This document shows, piece after piece, positions 34,589-44,577 of a stretch of DNA of 47,844 nucleotides. Source of the DNA: Planctomycetota bacterium (lineage in GTDB: Bacteria > Planctomycetota > Planctomycetia > Planctomycetales > Planctomycetaceae); contig CAUZTK010000001.1 in NCBI GenBank assembly GCA_963582395.1, positions 1 through 47,844 of the forward strand, read 5' to 3'. Made by a program: the position numbers and the translations under genes. Every line of letters starts with the position of its first letter. Position 1 is the first letter of the stretch. Under the pieces are notes generated by a model that worked only from the letters and a program-made list of their open reading frames with translations, did not search any database and was not told where the DNA came from.

Positions 34589-36976
34589 TCATTCCACGTA
34601 CACAAATTCGTTGCAGGCGACAATCGTTCGGCACAGGCTTCGCCAGGCCTGTCTCCGCCGCTCGCCCGACTCGATGCCGGTGGAGGCCAGCGCTTGCTCG
34701 GCTCGACCGAGGAATTCGAGCGCGCGGTTGATTTCGGTTTTTGTCGGCCGCCGGCCTAAGGCCCGCCGGTAGGCGCGATCGATCCGCTGTCGGTCGTCGA
34801 ATTTTTGTTCGAGCAGACGATCCGCCATGGCGCGGGTCTGCTGCGAGACCAGTTGGCTGTTCATCATGAACAGTGCCTGCGGGGCGACGGTGCTCGTCTG
34901 CCGGGACCCGCTGAATGTGGCCGGGTCGGGAAAGTCGAAGGTCTGAAAAACGTCGAAGACGGAACTGCGGACCACCGGCAAATAAACCGACCGCCGGGCG
35001 TTGTCGTATTCATTCGTAATTTGCGTGCCGGACGAAGTGACGTAGGCCCGGTTCTTAACTTTCAATAACGTCCCCCCCATTTTCAGATCGAGACCGCCGC
35101 CGACCGCCAGCACGGCGTCGCGAATCTCCTCGGCCTCCAGACGCCGCCGGTTGACCCGCCAATAGAGTTCGTTTTGCGGGTCGGCCTTGTCGGCAGCAGC
35201 GTTGTAGCGGGTGCTCATCTGGTAGGTGCTGGAGAGCATGATCGCACGGTGCAGCGACTTGATCGACCAGCCGCCGGCGACGAATCGGCGAGCCAGCCAG
35301 TCCAACAGGCGCGGATGAGTGGGACGTTCGCCGAGCCGGCCAAGATTGTCGAGGCTGCGCACCAGACCCGTCCCAAAATGCCAATGCCAAATACGATTGA
35401 CCATGACGCGGCTGGTCAGCGGATGGTTCTCGGTGGTCAGCCATTTCGCCAACTGCAATCGACCGCTTTGTGTGTCATCGATCGGCGTTTGGCCTTCGCC
35501 GCTGATGATTCGTGGAAAGACCCGGGGGACCTCTTCGCCTAACGTCAGATGGCTGCCTCTTAAATGAATGCGCACGTTGCCGATCTTGCCCTCGGTGACT
35601 CCCATCGCCTTGTCGGTGTTTGGACGCGATTTCTCCAGTTCAGCCAGTTCCTTCTTTAGGACGCGGACCTCAGCGGTGTCGTCCTTGTCTTTGCCGGACG
35701 CCGATTTGATCTGGGCGCGTTTCCCAGCCAGCCGTTTTTCGAAGGCGACACGCTTTTGTCGGGCCTCTGGAGTTTCCAAAGGCCGCTCGAACCATACGGC
35801 GACGACCTTGAAGTTCTCCATCGTCTTCGTGCTTTTGAAGATACCGACCAGGGAGTAGTAGTCGGCCATGGTCAGCGGATCGAACTTGTGGTCGTGACAA
35901 CGAGCACAACCCATCGTCAACCCCATGAAGGCCATGCTGAGCGTGCCGACCTGTTCGTCGATGATGTCCATCTGCATTTTGACCGGATCGTCCTCGGCCA
36001 GTATTTTCGCTCCCAGCGCCAAAAAGCCGGTCGCGATGACACGCGCAAAGTCCGCCTGTTCGTCTCCCGTGGCCGGCAGCAGGTCGCCGGCAAGCTGCTC
36101 TTGCACAAAACGGTTGTAGGGCTTGTCGCTGTTGAACGCCCCGATGACATAGTCGCGGTAATGATAGGCGTTGGCATAGGAGAGGTTTTCGTCCAACCCG
36201 TTCGAGTCGGCATAGCGGGCGACGTCGAGCCAGTGCCGGCCCCAGCGTTCTCCGTAGTGCGGCGAACTCAACAGACGATCAACCAGCCGGGCGAACGCGC
36301 CGGGAGAATCGTCCGCTAAAAAGGCGTCGATTTCTTCCGGAGAGGGTGGCAGACCAATCAGGTCGAACGTGGCCCGCCGAATCAGCATTCGTTTGTCGGC
36401 AGGCGGCGCCGGAGGAAAACCGGCTGCTTCCAAACGCGCCAGTACAAAACTGTCGAGCGGCGACTTCGGCCAATCGGTGTTCCGAATGGCAGGCAGATCG
36501 GGATCAACGGGCGGCTGAAACAACCAGAATGACTTCTGTTCCTGCGTGAACAGCGGACCGGTCTTCTTCTTGTTTCTCGTTTTGGGGACCGGCAGCGGTT
36601 TGGCGTTGGGCCAAGGGGCCCCCATCTTCACCCAGGCGGTCAAGGCGACGAGTTCGGCGGTCGGCAGCTTCTCCTTGGGAGGCATCTTCAACAGTTCACC
36701 ATGATTGATCGCGCTGATCAACAGGCTCTGCTGCGGCTTGCCGGGCACAATCGCCGGACCCAAATCGCCTCCTCGCAGCATTCCCGCCAGTGAGTCGAGC
36801 TGCAGACCATTTTCCGGATCGTCACCGCTGTGGCAGTCGTAACACCGGTTGACCAAGATCGGCCGCACCCTCTTCTCGAAGAATTCCAAGGGCTTCAACG
36901 TCGGCGCATCAGCCAGCACCGGGAGGGCCGCTCCCGCCGCAATGAGGACTCCAAATACCCGCCGATAGCCAAACAT
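34589..36976 (-). CDS. PSCyt + DUF1549 + DUF1553 (PSD1) planctomycete-type protein
   Basis: Signal peptide, haem-like CYDCHSGDDPENGLQLD. DUF1549 region IDAFLADDSPGAFARLVDRLLSSPHYGERWGRHWLDVARYADSNG, then CARCHDHKFDP and the DUF1553 C-terminus. The canonical partner DUF1501 gene lies downstream. Confidence 0.9.
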   Translation of the reverse strand: MFGYRRVFGVLIAAGAALPVLADAPTLKPLEFFEKRVRPILVNRCYDCHSGDDPENGLQLDSLAGMLRGGDLGPAIVPGKPQQSLLISAINHGELLKMPPKEKLPTAELVALTAWVKMGAPWPNAKPLPVPKTRNKKKTGPLFTQEQKSFWLFQPPVDPDLPAIRNTDWPKSPLDSFVLARLEAAGFPPAPPADKRMLIRRATFDLIGLPPSPEEIDAFLADDSPGAFARLVDRLLSSPHYGERWGRHWLDVARYADSNGLDENLSYANAYHYRDYVIGAFNSDKPYNRFVQEQLAGDLLPATGDEQADFARVIATGFLALGAKILAEDDPVKMQMDIIDEQVGTLSMAFMGLTMGCARCHDHKFDPLTMADYYSLVGIFKSTKTMENFKVVAVWFERPLETPEARQKRVAFEKRLAGKRAQIKSASGKDKDDTAEVRVLKKELAELEKSRPNTDKAMGVTEGKIGNVRIHLRGSHLTLGEEVPRVFPRIISGEGQTPIDDTQSGRLQLAKWLTTENHPLTSRVMVNRIWHWHFGTGLVRSLDNLGRLGERPTHPRLLDWLARRFVAGGWSIKSLHRAIMLSSTYQMSTRYNAAADKADPQNELYWRVNRRRLEAEEIRDAVLAVGGGLDLKMGGTLLKVKNRAYVTSSGTQITNEYDNARRSVYLPVVRSSVFDVFQTFDFPDPATFSGSRQTSTVAPQALFMMNSQLVSQQTRAMADRLLEQKFDDRQRIDRAYRRALGRRPTKTEINRALEFLGRAEQALASTGIESGERRRQAWRSLCRTIVACNEFVYVE

Positions 36977-37333
36977 TGTGAGGCTCCCACACGTTATTCG
37001 TCCGCATCCCCCCCCAGTCAGTTTGAAAAGCCAAGGGGACGAACTATTTTAACCGAAATGGCTGTTTTTGCGACCTAATTGCTTATCCCAACGAAAAATA
37101 TGACATGGCATTTCGATCTCCTGCGCGGAGACGCCGCCGGCAATTCATTCGCAGATTCGGTCGCTTATCATGAAAATTGCCCTGTCCAGGTTCAATCGGT
37201 CTTTTCCGATTTGTCACGAACGGCTACAAAAAGCTGCCGTGATCACGGACCGTGGTGAGAGGATGACAGTTTGAAGTGACACGACCGGAGGTGATGTCAG
37301 GGGCCGGGCCCCTTAAAATCCCCAAGAAATAGG

Positions 37334-37375
37334 CAGGTTTCTCGGGCCTGTGTGGCCCACTATGCCGCAAGCGGC
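37334..37375 (+). repeat. Dispersed repeat family 2, copy 2
   Basis: CAGGTTTCTCGGGCCTGTGTGGCCCACTATGCCGCAAGCGGC, ending 11 nt before the ATG at 37386. Confidence 0.8.
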
Positions 37376-37385
37376 AAGCAGAATA

Positions 37386-38612
37386 ATGAAACTGGACGTA
37401 TTGATTTTCGGCGGCGGAGCGGCTGGGTTGTGGCTGCTGGACGAACTGGTCCGCCGCGGTCGGCGCGTCGCGCTGCTGGAAGCGGCAGAGCTGGGACGCG
37501 GACAGACCGCCGGGTCACAGGGGATCATTCACGGCGGGTTGAAATACACGCTGGCAGGCCTGTTGACGCGGTCAGCGGCCAATATTCGCGAGATGCCGCT
37601 CGTGTGGCGTGAGTGTCTGGCCGGTCGCCGAGATCCGGTCCTCAACCGAACACGGCTCCGCTCGGAATTCTGTTACCTGTGGCGGACCGAATCGATCCGT
37701 TCACGGTTAGGGATGATCGGCTCCAGGTTTGGTTTGCGGGTCTCTCCGAAAGAATTGTCCGACGACTGCCGGCCCGATGTGCTGAAACGATGTCCCGGTC
37801 CGGTCGCCCGGCTCGACGAACAGGTGATTGCCCCGGTCGAATTTCTGGCGGACTTGAGCCTGCGGAATACCGATCGCTTGCTGCGCATCGATGTAACAAA
37901 TGGATTGCAGTTCGAGACAGACGGTCCCGGCCACGTGCGGTCCGTTCGGCTGCGGAATCCCATTTCGGAAGCAGGACTCGAATTGCAACCAAAGTCCATC
38001 GTTTTGACCGCCGGTGCCGGCAATTCAGAACTACGACAGCGTGTGGGGTTATCGAGCTCGGCGATGCAGCGGCGGCCGCTGCACATGCTGTTATTGCGGG
38101 GCAAACTTCCGTTCCTCAACGGCCACTGTATCGATGGGTCGCGGACGCGAGTGACGATCACCTCTGAGATTGATTCCGCCGGACGGACCATTTGGCAGGT
38201 CGGCGGACAGCTTGCCGAAGATGGTGTCGGCATGGACGAGCGGACGTTGATCATTCGGGCCAAAACGGTGTTGGAGATGGTGATTCCCGGACTCGACCTT
38301 TCAGAAACCCAGGGGGCGGCCTATCGTATCGACCGCGCCGAAGGGGCAACACGGTCGGGGAGACGGCCCGAAAACGTTCAACTGCTTCGCGAGGGTAACG
38401 TGATCACCGCCTGGCCGACCAAGCTGGCGCTGGTTCCGCAATTGGCCGCAGAAATTGCCCAAGCCTTGGGCTCGAACGAAATCGGGGACTCGCAGCGGCT
38501 TCAGCTACCGAATGACTGGCCGCGACCGGTCGTTGCCAGTGCGCCGTGGGAAACGTGTCGACATTGGCAGCGCCTCGATTCCGCTGAATTTGTCTCCGAA
38601 CGCGCTGCATGA
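37386..38612 (+). CDS. FAD-dependent oxidoreductase (GlpA/DAO-like)
   Basis: [32 protein letters not shown] Rossmann GxGxxG, then [12 protein letters not shown]. The table start 37350 lies inside an intergenic repeat. Confidence 0.85.
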   Translation: MKLDVLIFGGGAAGLWLLDELVRRGRRVALLEAAELGRGQTAGSQGIIHGGLKYTLAGLLTRSAANIREMPLVWRECLAGRRDPVLNRTRLRSEFCYLWRTESIRSRLGMIGSRFGLRVSPKELSDDCRPDVLKRCPGPVARLDEQVIAPVEFLADLSLRNTDRLLRIDVTNGLQFETDGPGHVRSVRLRNPISEAGLELQPKSIVLTAGAGNSELRQRVGLSSSAMQRRPLHMLLLRGKLPFLNGHCIDGSRTRVTITSEIDSAGRTIWQVGGQLAEDGVGMDERTLIIRAKTVLEMVIPGLDLSETQGAAYRIDRAEGATRSGRRPENVQLLREGNVITAWPTKLALVPQLAAEIAQALGSNEIGDSQRLQLPNDWPRPVVASAPWETCRHWQRLDSAEFVSERAA

Positions 38613-38646
38613 TTCTCTTGAGTCTGCTCCCGAACAGGCAGAGACA

Positions 38647-39423
38647 ATGATCCAACGCTCGCTCGGCCGAACCGGCTTCTGCATCAGCCCCATCGGGTTC
38701 GGGTCATTCAAAATTGGCCGAAACCAGAAGATCAAGTATCCCCAGAGGTACGACCTTCCGGACGAAGTAACCGTCGAACGGCTGCTGAACGCCGTGCTCG
38801 ACATGGGCATCACCTACCTCGATACCGCGCCCGCCTACGGACTAAGCGAAGAACGGATCGGACGGGCTGTTTCGCATCGGAGAAAGGAATTTGTGCTGTC
38901 GACCAAAGTCGGCGAGACGTTTGCCGGAGGAAAATCGATCTACGACTACTCGACCGATGCCATCCGTGCCAGCGTTCACCGCAGTCTCCGGCGGTTGCGG
39001 ACCGATGTTCTCGATCTCGTGTTCATCCACTCGGATGGCAACGACCTGATGATTCTTAGCCAAACCGACGCCGTAGAGACCCTGCTCGATCTGAAGCGAC
39101 AGGGGCTTGTCAAAGCGGTCGGCCTGTCGGGAAAAACCGTCGAGGGAGCCCGGCGGTCGCTGAGCTGGGCCGACGTGATTATGGTCGAGTACCACCTCAG
39201 CGACCGCTCCCACGAAGAGGTGATCGCCGAAGCCGCAGCACAGGGTCGAGGCGTGGTCGTCAAAAAAGGGCTGGCATCCGGACACCTGGATGCCGGGGCG
39301 GCGGTCCGTTTCGTGCTCGCAAACCGTCAGGTGAGCAGTCTGATCATCGGCGGATTCAATCCCGATCACATCCGCCAAAACGTGGCCATAGCAGAGTCCG
39401 CTCTGGTGCAGTCGTCTGGCTGA
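38647..39423 (+). CDS. aldo/keto reductase
   Basis: [50 protein letters not shown]. The table start 38455 overlaps the preceding gene. Confidence 0.88.
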   Translation: MIQRSLGRTGFCISPIGFGSFKIGRNQKIKYPQRYDLPDEVTVERLLNAVLDMGITYLDTAPAYGLSEERIGRAVSHRRKEFVLSTKVGETFAGGKSIYDYSTDAIRASVHRSLRRLRTDVLDLVFIHSDGNDLMILSQTDAVETLLDLKRQGLVKAVGLSGKTVEGARRSLSWADVIMVEYHLSDRSHEEVIAEAAAQGRGVVVKKGLASGHLDAGAAVRFVLANRQVSSLIIGGFNPDHIRQNVAIAESALVQSSG

Positions 39424-39440
39424 CCGATTCTGTCCGGAGT

Positions 39441-39456
39441 TGCGCCGCTGGGCGCA
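39441..39456 (+). terminator. short GC hairpin after the AKR gene
   Basis: TGCGCC-GCTG-GGCGCA, 18 nt after the stop. No clear U-tract. Confidence 0.25.
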
Positions 39457-39506
39457 TTAGGAGCTGTTGGTGATTTTCAGCCTGCCCTCCAAACGGAGTT
39501 GAGTGC

Positions 39507-39525
39507 AGTACCATTAAGTGGTACT
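39507..39525 (+). promoter_or_regulatory. perfect palindrome AGTACCA-N5-TGGTACT immediately upstream of hicA (candidate HicB operator)
   Basis: 7-nt arms at 39507-39513 and 39519-39525, ending 8 nt before the hicA ATG (39534). Confidence 0.4.
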
Positions 39526-39533
39526 ATTCTTCA

Positions 39534-39773
39534 ATGGGCAAGCACGAGAAGACTTTGCAAGCCATATTTTCGGATCTGGTGCGTTCGAACGTCGAGTGGT
39601 CGGACATCGAAGCCAATGGAGCAGAAATCAGTGAGGGCAGAGGTTCTCGTGTCCGAATCGCACTGGGTGGAGTGCGGTCTGTGTTCCATCGGCCTTATCC
39701 CAGCAAAGAAACGGACAAAGGCACAATTCACTCGATGCGACGGTTTTTGACAGAAGCGGGAGTCACCCCATGA
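39534..39773 (+). CDS. hicA: type II toxin HicA-family mRNA interferase
   Basis: 79 aa. ...EGRGSRVRIALGGVRSVFHRPYPSKETDKGTIHSMRRFLTEAGV has the HicA layout (Gly-rich turn, HRP(H/Y)P motif). ATGA overlap with the following hicB. Confidence 0.75.
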   Translation: MGKHEKTLQAIFSDLVRSNVEWSDIEANGAEISEGRGSRVRIALGGVRSVFHRPYPSKETDKGTIHSMRRFLTEAGVTP

Positions 39774-40183
39774 TGCAGTACAAGGGCTACATCGGAAAAG
39801 TGGAATATGATGCGGAGAAGCACAGCCTTCACGGAGAGGTGGTGGGGATCCGCGATGTGGTCACGTTTCAGGGAAAGTCTGTCGATGAGCTTCACGAGGC
39901 GTTCGAGGATTCGGTGGATGATTACCTGGAGTTTTGCAAGCAGAGGGGCGAAGAACCGGATAAGCCCTGCTCGGGCCGATTTGTCCTGAGAATCAATCCG
40001 GCGCTGCATCGAAAAATCAACCTGTTGGCCGGTGCATCCGGCAAGAGTCTGAACGCTTGGGTGAGCGAATGCCTGGGTCGAGAAGTTGCCAAACAGATGC
40101 CAATTGGCAAGTCCCGCAGGAAGACAACGACCCGTACGAAACCGAAAAACATTAAGCAGCGCACGAGATCCAAAAATAAGTAG
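39770..40183 (+). CDS. hicB: type II antitoxin HicB-family (HicB fold + RHH DNA-binding domain, basic tail)
   Basis: MMQYKGYIGKVEYDAEKHSLHGEVVGIRDVVTFQGKSVDELHEAFEDSVDDYLEFC, then GRFVLRINPALHRKINLLAGASGKSLNAWVSECL. Confidence 0.85.
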   Translation: MMQYKGYIGKVEYDAEKHSLHGEVVGIRDVVTFQGKSVDELHEAFEDSVDDYLEFCKQRGEEPDKPCSGRFVLRINPALHRKINLLAGASGKSLNAWVSECLGREVAKQMPIGKSRRKTTTRTKPKNIKQRTRSKNK

Positions 40184-40206
40184 CCCGACACACGCGGCTC
40201 GATGTC

Positions 40207-42084
40207 TCATGCCTTGCGAATAAAGTGGGCCGCGTAGCTGCGGATGTGCTGGCCGTTCAAGACGTGGAACATCCGCAGTTGCCCGATCGTTTGCTGGCTG
40301 AAGCGGCTCAAGGGGACGTGGACGATCTTCTTGCCGTACCGACTGGCCAGCCGTCGCCAACCCGCGCCCGGCGGCGCGTGACTGAGCAGGGCGATGTGAC
40401 GTTCGTCACTATGGTGAAAAGCGGCGGCCAGCAGCCGTTCCTCCAGTGTATCGGCGAAGTCGAACTGCGGATCGCGCCAAATATCGGGGATCGGTCGCGG
40501 CGGGAACAAAAACATCGCTCCGCCGTAGCGGGCCAGCGCAATCCCCGGGCCGACCATTTCCTGTATGAAGTCGGTGGCAAAGAGCGATAAGGTCGATTCA
40601 TCGTGGTGTTCGGCATGCCAGGTGATCCGCCACGGGTAGTCACGAGGATCGGCCGGTGAATCGAAGAGCATCACCACGCAGTCGAGACTGCCGCGCGTCG
40701 GCGGAAAAACCTTCACGTACAGCTCGCCGGTGTGCCAATTACGCAAGGTTTCACGGATGTCGAGGCCATCCTTGAGGCTGGTGGAAAATTTCTCGCTGCG
40801 GGCCAGGTCGGTGCCCATGATGGCCCGGGCTGTCTCCTTCACGTGTGTGCGAAACTTCTCGATGTTCACATCTTCCGGCGGCCAGCTACACTGACCGAAC
40901 GGGTCCCACTGCATCTCCCAGCGACGCTGTTGAGAGTTCGGTGGTCGCGGTTTCAGTTCGCAGCTCCGCCATGACAGGGTATGTCCGGGCAAACGGTTCT
41001 TCATGCAAACCACGTCGCCGTCCGGCAGCCGGGCTTCGTCAATTCCCATGCTAAGCGACGGAAAGGGAATCTGTGCCGTGTAACCATACTCCCGGGCCGT
41101 TTCAACCAGACAAATGGCGAACTGATCGCCAGCCGTCTGCTGAGCGGCGACCACCAGAGTGTACAAGTCCGGAGTCATCCGCCGCTCGACCAGGGCCAAG
41201 TTCCGAGCGTACTGAAAGTAGAGCGACAGCAACTTAGGCGTGATTGTCCGGGCGCGGGATTTCAGCGCGGCTTGATAGCGGTCGCGGCAGGTCAGCAGCA
41301 TTTCCTTGATGCCGTCGATCGACAGGTTCTCATCGTCGTCCAATTCGGCGCGGGCACGTTCATACAGCGACGTTATAAACGGCAGTTCACCCAACAGAAA
41401 AATCAACGACGACGGCTCGGCCGCAAAAATGTCTGTCTCTTCGACGAGATCGTCCTCGGCTGTCTGTTCGATATTTTCGGAATACGCCTCGCGGATCCAG
41501 GGCCAGTCCAACATCGAGCAGACGAAGAGAATCGACTGATACTGAAATTCCAACTCGCGCAGCCGGCTGGCCATGCGAACCGCCCGATCGCGAGGTTGGC
41601 CTGCGGGAAGCCGTGAAATGGCCGGAAGAACGGCGGCGGCGAACTTATCGGCCGAGACTTTTTTTAGTACGTAGGGGTCCGGCAACACCGCCGAGAGGAC
41701 GCGGAACTCGGCCGTTTCCAGGTCGACAAAGGCCCGCGGAATTCGTTCCTGCAGCGCGATTCGCAACGCCGCGATCACCCCCTGGCAGGGATCGATCGGA
41801 ACGTAGCTGACGGTGCGCCCGGCTTCGTTTTCGTCACCGGGGTGCTGCGACCACAGCTCGGCGGGGAATGTTCGCGGCTGCTGCTGAAGCACGACCGAGA
41901 TGCTCGGCAGAAACTCGATTGCCCGTTCCACGTCGTGCTGAAACGACGGCGGCAGCGGCACCGCCAGACAATCGAACTCGTGCGAGAGCATGGTCCGGCG
42001 GACTTCGATCGCAAAGTCACCGCTGCCGTGAATGATGGGCAGAGCGTTGATCTGCGGGCTAATTTTCAGAAAATCGGAGAGCAT
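40207..42084 (-). CDS. conserved hypothetical protein, 625 aa, no confidently recognisable domain
   Basis: Long ORF with coding-like composition, ATG 42082-42084. By recollection only, the N-terminus LPIIHGSGDFAIEVRRTMLSHEFDCLAVPLPPSF faintly resembles the start of DUF5682/TraB-like proteins. Confidence 0.6.
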   Translation of the reverse strand: MLSDFLKISPQINALPIIHGSGDFAIEVRRTMLSHEFDCLAVPLPPSFQHDVERAIEFLPSISVVLQQQPRTFPAELWSQHPGDENEAGRTVSYVPIDPCQGVIAALRIALQERIPRAFVDLETAEFRVLSAVLPDPYVLKKVSADKFAAAVLPAISRLPAGQPRDRAVRMASRLRELEFQYQSILFVCSMLDWPWIREAYSENIEQTAEDDLVEETDIFAAEPSSLIFLLGELPFITSLYERARAELDDDENLSIDGIKEMLLTCRDRYQAALKSRARTITPKLLSLYFQYARNLALVERRMTPDLYTLVVAAQQTAGDQFAICLVETAREYGYTAQIPFPSLSMGIDEARLPDGDVVCMKNRLPGHTLSWRSCELKPRPPNSQQRRWEMQWDPFGQCSWPPEDVNIEKFRTHVKETARAIMGTDLARSEKFSTSLKDGLDIRETLRNWHTGELYVKVFPPTRGSLDCVVMLFDSPADPRDYPWRITWHAEHHDESTLSLFATDFIQEMVGPGIALARYGGAMFLFPPRPIPDIWRDPQFDFADTLEERLLAAAFHHSDERHIALLSHAPPGAGWRRLASRYGKKIVHVPLSRFSQQTIGQLRMFHVLNGQHIRSYAAHFIRKA

Positions 42085-42780
42085 GTCCTGAACAAGTTAA
42101 ACCAAACGAAAAACGGCGGTGGGTCAATACTGCTCGACTAAGTCCCGCATGTCGCATGCAAAGTCGCCCAGACGCAAAGGAAAATAGGGAGATTTCAGTG
42201 ATCGAAAAAATATCTTCGTGAGGTGGACCCTTGAGGAACCGAGGCACGCTTAACTTTGCATCATCTTTGTCTTTTGGCGTCCTTGCCTCGAAATGATCCT
42301 AATGAAGCTTACACTTTGAGTTTGTAATTTTCACTCGTAAAGGCGCTACACGGCGTGGACAGTTACCAATGAAATCTTGAGACAAATGGTCACGAAGTTC
42401 GTCAAGGACGTCGAGAATTGTTCGGATCAGAGAGGGAGGCAAAGAGAAGGGGAGATGCACAGAAGGAGCCGTTTCTTGCTCTCTCCTGAAATTCTCCAAC
42501 GCCTTGTGGGGCTGATGCCACAGGTGTTGGCTCGACGTCGTTGAAGGCAAATACATGGTCTCCGGCATGTCGTGACTCAAACGCAACGCCAGACGTCCCT
42601 ATTAGGCGCTTGATTCCGCTGCTCCGGGATGTAAGAATGAAGTTAAGTATACAGTCTCTCGGAAGATGTGCAGTTCTGCTGAGGAGTTCCATATCGGCGG
42701 CATCTTCGGTTCGTGTCTTCAGCGTGAAACACTAAGAGAATCAGGACCATTTGTTGAACCAGTCTCGGTAAGGCGATTCT

Positions 42781-44358
42781 ATGAAATTTCTTGAAGGTCA
42801 TACGGTCGGGATTGATCTGGGGACGACGTACTCCGCCATCGCACAACTCGCCAAAGATGGTACTCCCCGTTTATTGAAGAACGCGGACGACCGAACGATT
42901 ACTCCGTCGGTCGTGTTGCTCGGTGACGACGGAGTCGTGATGGTCGGCCCCTCGTTCGAGCGGATTGCGATCGAAGACCCCCAACACGTCGTCGAGTCGA
43001 TTAAAAGGCAGATGGGAAACAAGGATTATCACGTTGTCTACCAGGGCAAGAAACTCACGCCGGAGTTTGTCTCGGCCTTGATCCTCAAGAAGTTGAAGCA
43101 GGACGCCGAGGCGCGGATTGGGACGATTACCAACGCCGTGGTTACGGTTCCCTATTATTTCAACGACGTGCGGCGCAAGGCGACTCAAGACGCCGGCCGA
43201 ATTTCCGGATTGAACGTCATCGACATTGTCAACGAGCCGACCGCCGCCACGCTGGCCTACGCCTGGAACAAGGGCGAATTGGGACGTACAGACATCGCAT
43301 CGCGGGAAAAAATTATTCTGGTTTACGATCTGGGCGGCGGAACGTTTGACGTGACGGTGGTCAAATATACGCCGACCAGCTTCCACGTGCTGGCCACCGA
43401 TGGTGACGTGATGCTGGGTGGTCTGGACTGGAGTCGCCGCATCGTCGACCACGTCTCTGAGCAATTCCAGCGCAAATTCGGCGAAGATCCCCGCGAAGAT
43501 CCACAAACCCTGCAAATTATGTCGCAGGAATGTGAGGACGTGAAACGAGAATTGAGCGAACAAACTCAAATCCCGATGAACGTCTACCACAAGGGAAAGA
43601 CGTTGACGGTCGCTCTGACGCGCAGCGAGTTCGAGCGGATGACCAGTGATCTCCTTCAGCGGACCAAAGACACCACGGAACTGGTGCTGCAGCAGGCTGG
43701 CATCAAGCGGGAATCGCTCGACGAACTGGTACTGGTGGGCGGTTCCACCTACATGCCGGTCATCGAAAAAATGCTCAAGGACGTTTGTCAAATGGAACCG
43801 AGCCGTGACATGTTGCCCGAGGCGGCGGTCGCTCATGGAGCCTGCATTCACGCGGCGATTCTGGAAGCGAGGGAATTTGGGGACAAAAGCCATATGGCGC
43901 AAGCGATTATCAATCGCCTGCTGGCGGTGCAGACCCGCGACGTCAATTCGCATTCACTGGGCGTCAAGCTCACCGACCCACAGAACAAGGACCGCCAGGT
44001 CAACCACATCATGATTCCCAAGAACACGGCCATTCCGTTCAACAAGACACACCGGTTTGTCACCACCTCTGACAACCAGCAGCGGGTGCATGTCCATGTG
44101 CTCGAAGGAGAAGCATCCGATCCCGACGCCTGCTCGCTGATCGGCGATTTTCGTGTTGTCAATCTGCCGGCCAACCTGCCGGCTGGCTCACCTGTGGAAT
44201 TGACCTACAGCTATGATCGCAACGGTCGAATCCGCGCCACAGCGGTCGAGCTGACCGGCAACAACGAAGCGGACACCGAAATCGTACGTGATTCCGGCCT
44301 CGACAAGACCGGGATGGAGGCCTACAAGACGCTGGCCAAGGGCTACAGCATCGAGTAA
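42781..44358 (+). CDS. Hsp70-family ATPase, short form lacking the C-terminal helical lid
   Basis: GIDLGTTYSAIA, DLGGGTFDVTVV, LVGGSTYMPVIEKML. The SBD-beta region is present (NSHSLGVKL...VHVHVLEGE...ELTYSYDRNGRI), but the protein ends at 525 aa versus ~640 for DnaK. Confidence 0.9.
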   Translation: MKFLEGHTVGIDLGTTYSAIAQLAKDGTPRLLKNADDRTITPSVVLLGDDGVVMVGPSFERIAIEDPQHVVESIKRQMGNKDYHVVYQGKKLTPEFVSALILKKLKQDAEARIGTITNAVVTVPYYFNDVRRKATQDAGRISGLNVIDIVNEPTAATLAYAWNKGELGRTDIASREKIILVYDLGGGTFDVTVVKYTPTSFHVLATDGDVMLGGLDWSRRIVDHVSEQFQRKFGEDPREDPQTLQIMSQECEDVKRELSEQTQIPMNVYHKGKTLTVALTRSEFERMTSDLLQRTKDTTELVLQQAGIKRESLDELVLVGGSTYMPVIEKMLKDVCQMEPSRDMLPEAAVAHGACIHAAILEAREFGDKSHMAQAIINRLLAVQTRDVNSHSLGVKLTDPQNKDRQVNHIMIPKNTAIPFNKTHRFVTTSDNQQRVHVHVLEGEASDPDACSLIGDFRVVNLPANLPAGSPVELTYSYDRNGRIRATAVELTGNNEADTEIVRDSGLDKTGMEAYKTLAKGYSIE

Positions 44359-44577
44359 GCGATGCACACCAGCACTATCGTGGTGGCAATCAAAATGGGC
44401 ATGCTGTGCGCGATATTCGATGATCAGGCACGAAGACGTTTTGGCTGCGGCCGGCAAATCGGTCACGACGGAAATAGGCCGGATTCGAACCCAGTTTTCG
44501 CTCGATGCGCCGAGTCACCCACTCGGATTAGCCGACGCACAACAGAACATAGCCGCATCAACAGAAAGTGAAGACAC

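Noticed and set aside
37300-37312. The palindrome GGGGCCGGGCCCC upstream of the FAD oxidoreductase, considered as a regulatory site.
   Set aside because: It is a short GC palindrome of a kind expected frequently in GC-rich DNA, and I saw no second copy or positional logic.
42508-42540. GGGGCTGAT...TCGACG resembles the 5' end of tmRNA (GGGGCUGAUUCUGGAUUCGACG).
   Set aside because: There is no matching 3' acceptor or T-arm (…CCACCA context) within a tmRNA-sized distance before the Hsp70 CDS starts at 42781. A 9-mer match is expected by chance in a window this size.
42299-42586. 95-aa minus-strand ORF in the low-GC spacer, considered as a real small gene.
   Set aside because: It has no Shine-Dalgarno or recognisable motif and overlaps another ORF of similar size in a different frame. 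It is kept only as part of the spacer finding.
42871-43953. 360-aa ORF antisense to the Hsp70 gene.
   Set aside because: Long antisense ORFs are a known codon-bias artefact of GC-rich Hsp70 genes. The product is Arg/Val/His-rich junk with no motif, whereas the sense strand has unmistakable Hsp70 motifs.
44469-44492. The 12-mer GGATTCGAACCC (= GGGTTCGAATCC on the minus strand), the classic tRNA/tmRNA T-arm signature, lies in the Hsp70 / J-like spacer.
   Set aside because: The flanking bases do not form a 5-bp T-stem (CTGGG versus CCGGC gives only 2-3 pairs). No acceptor stem, D-arm or 5+7+5 anticodon arm can be drawn; the nearest hairpin is CTCG-GCGCAT-CGAG. It could at most be a decayed tRNA 3' fragment or att-like scar, which I cannot support further.
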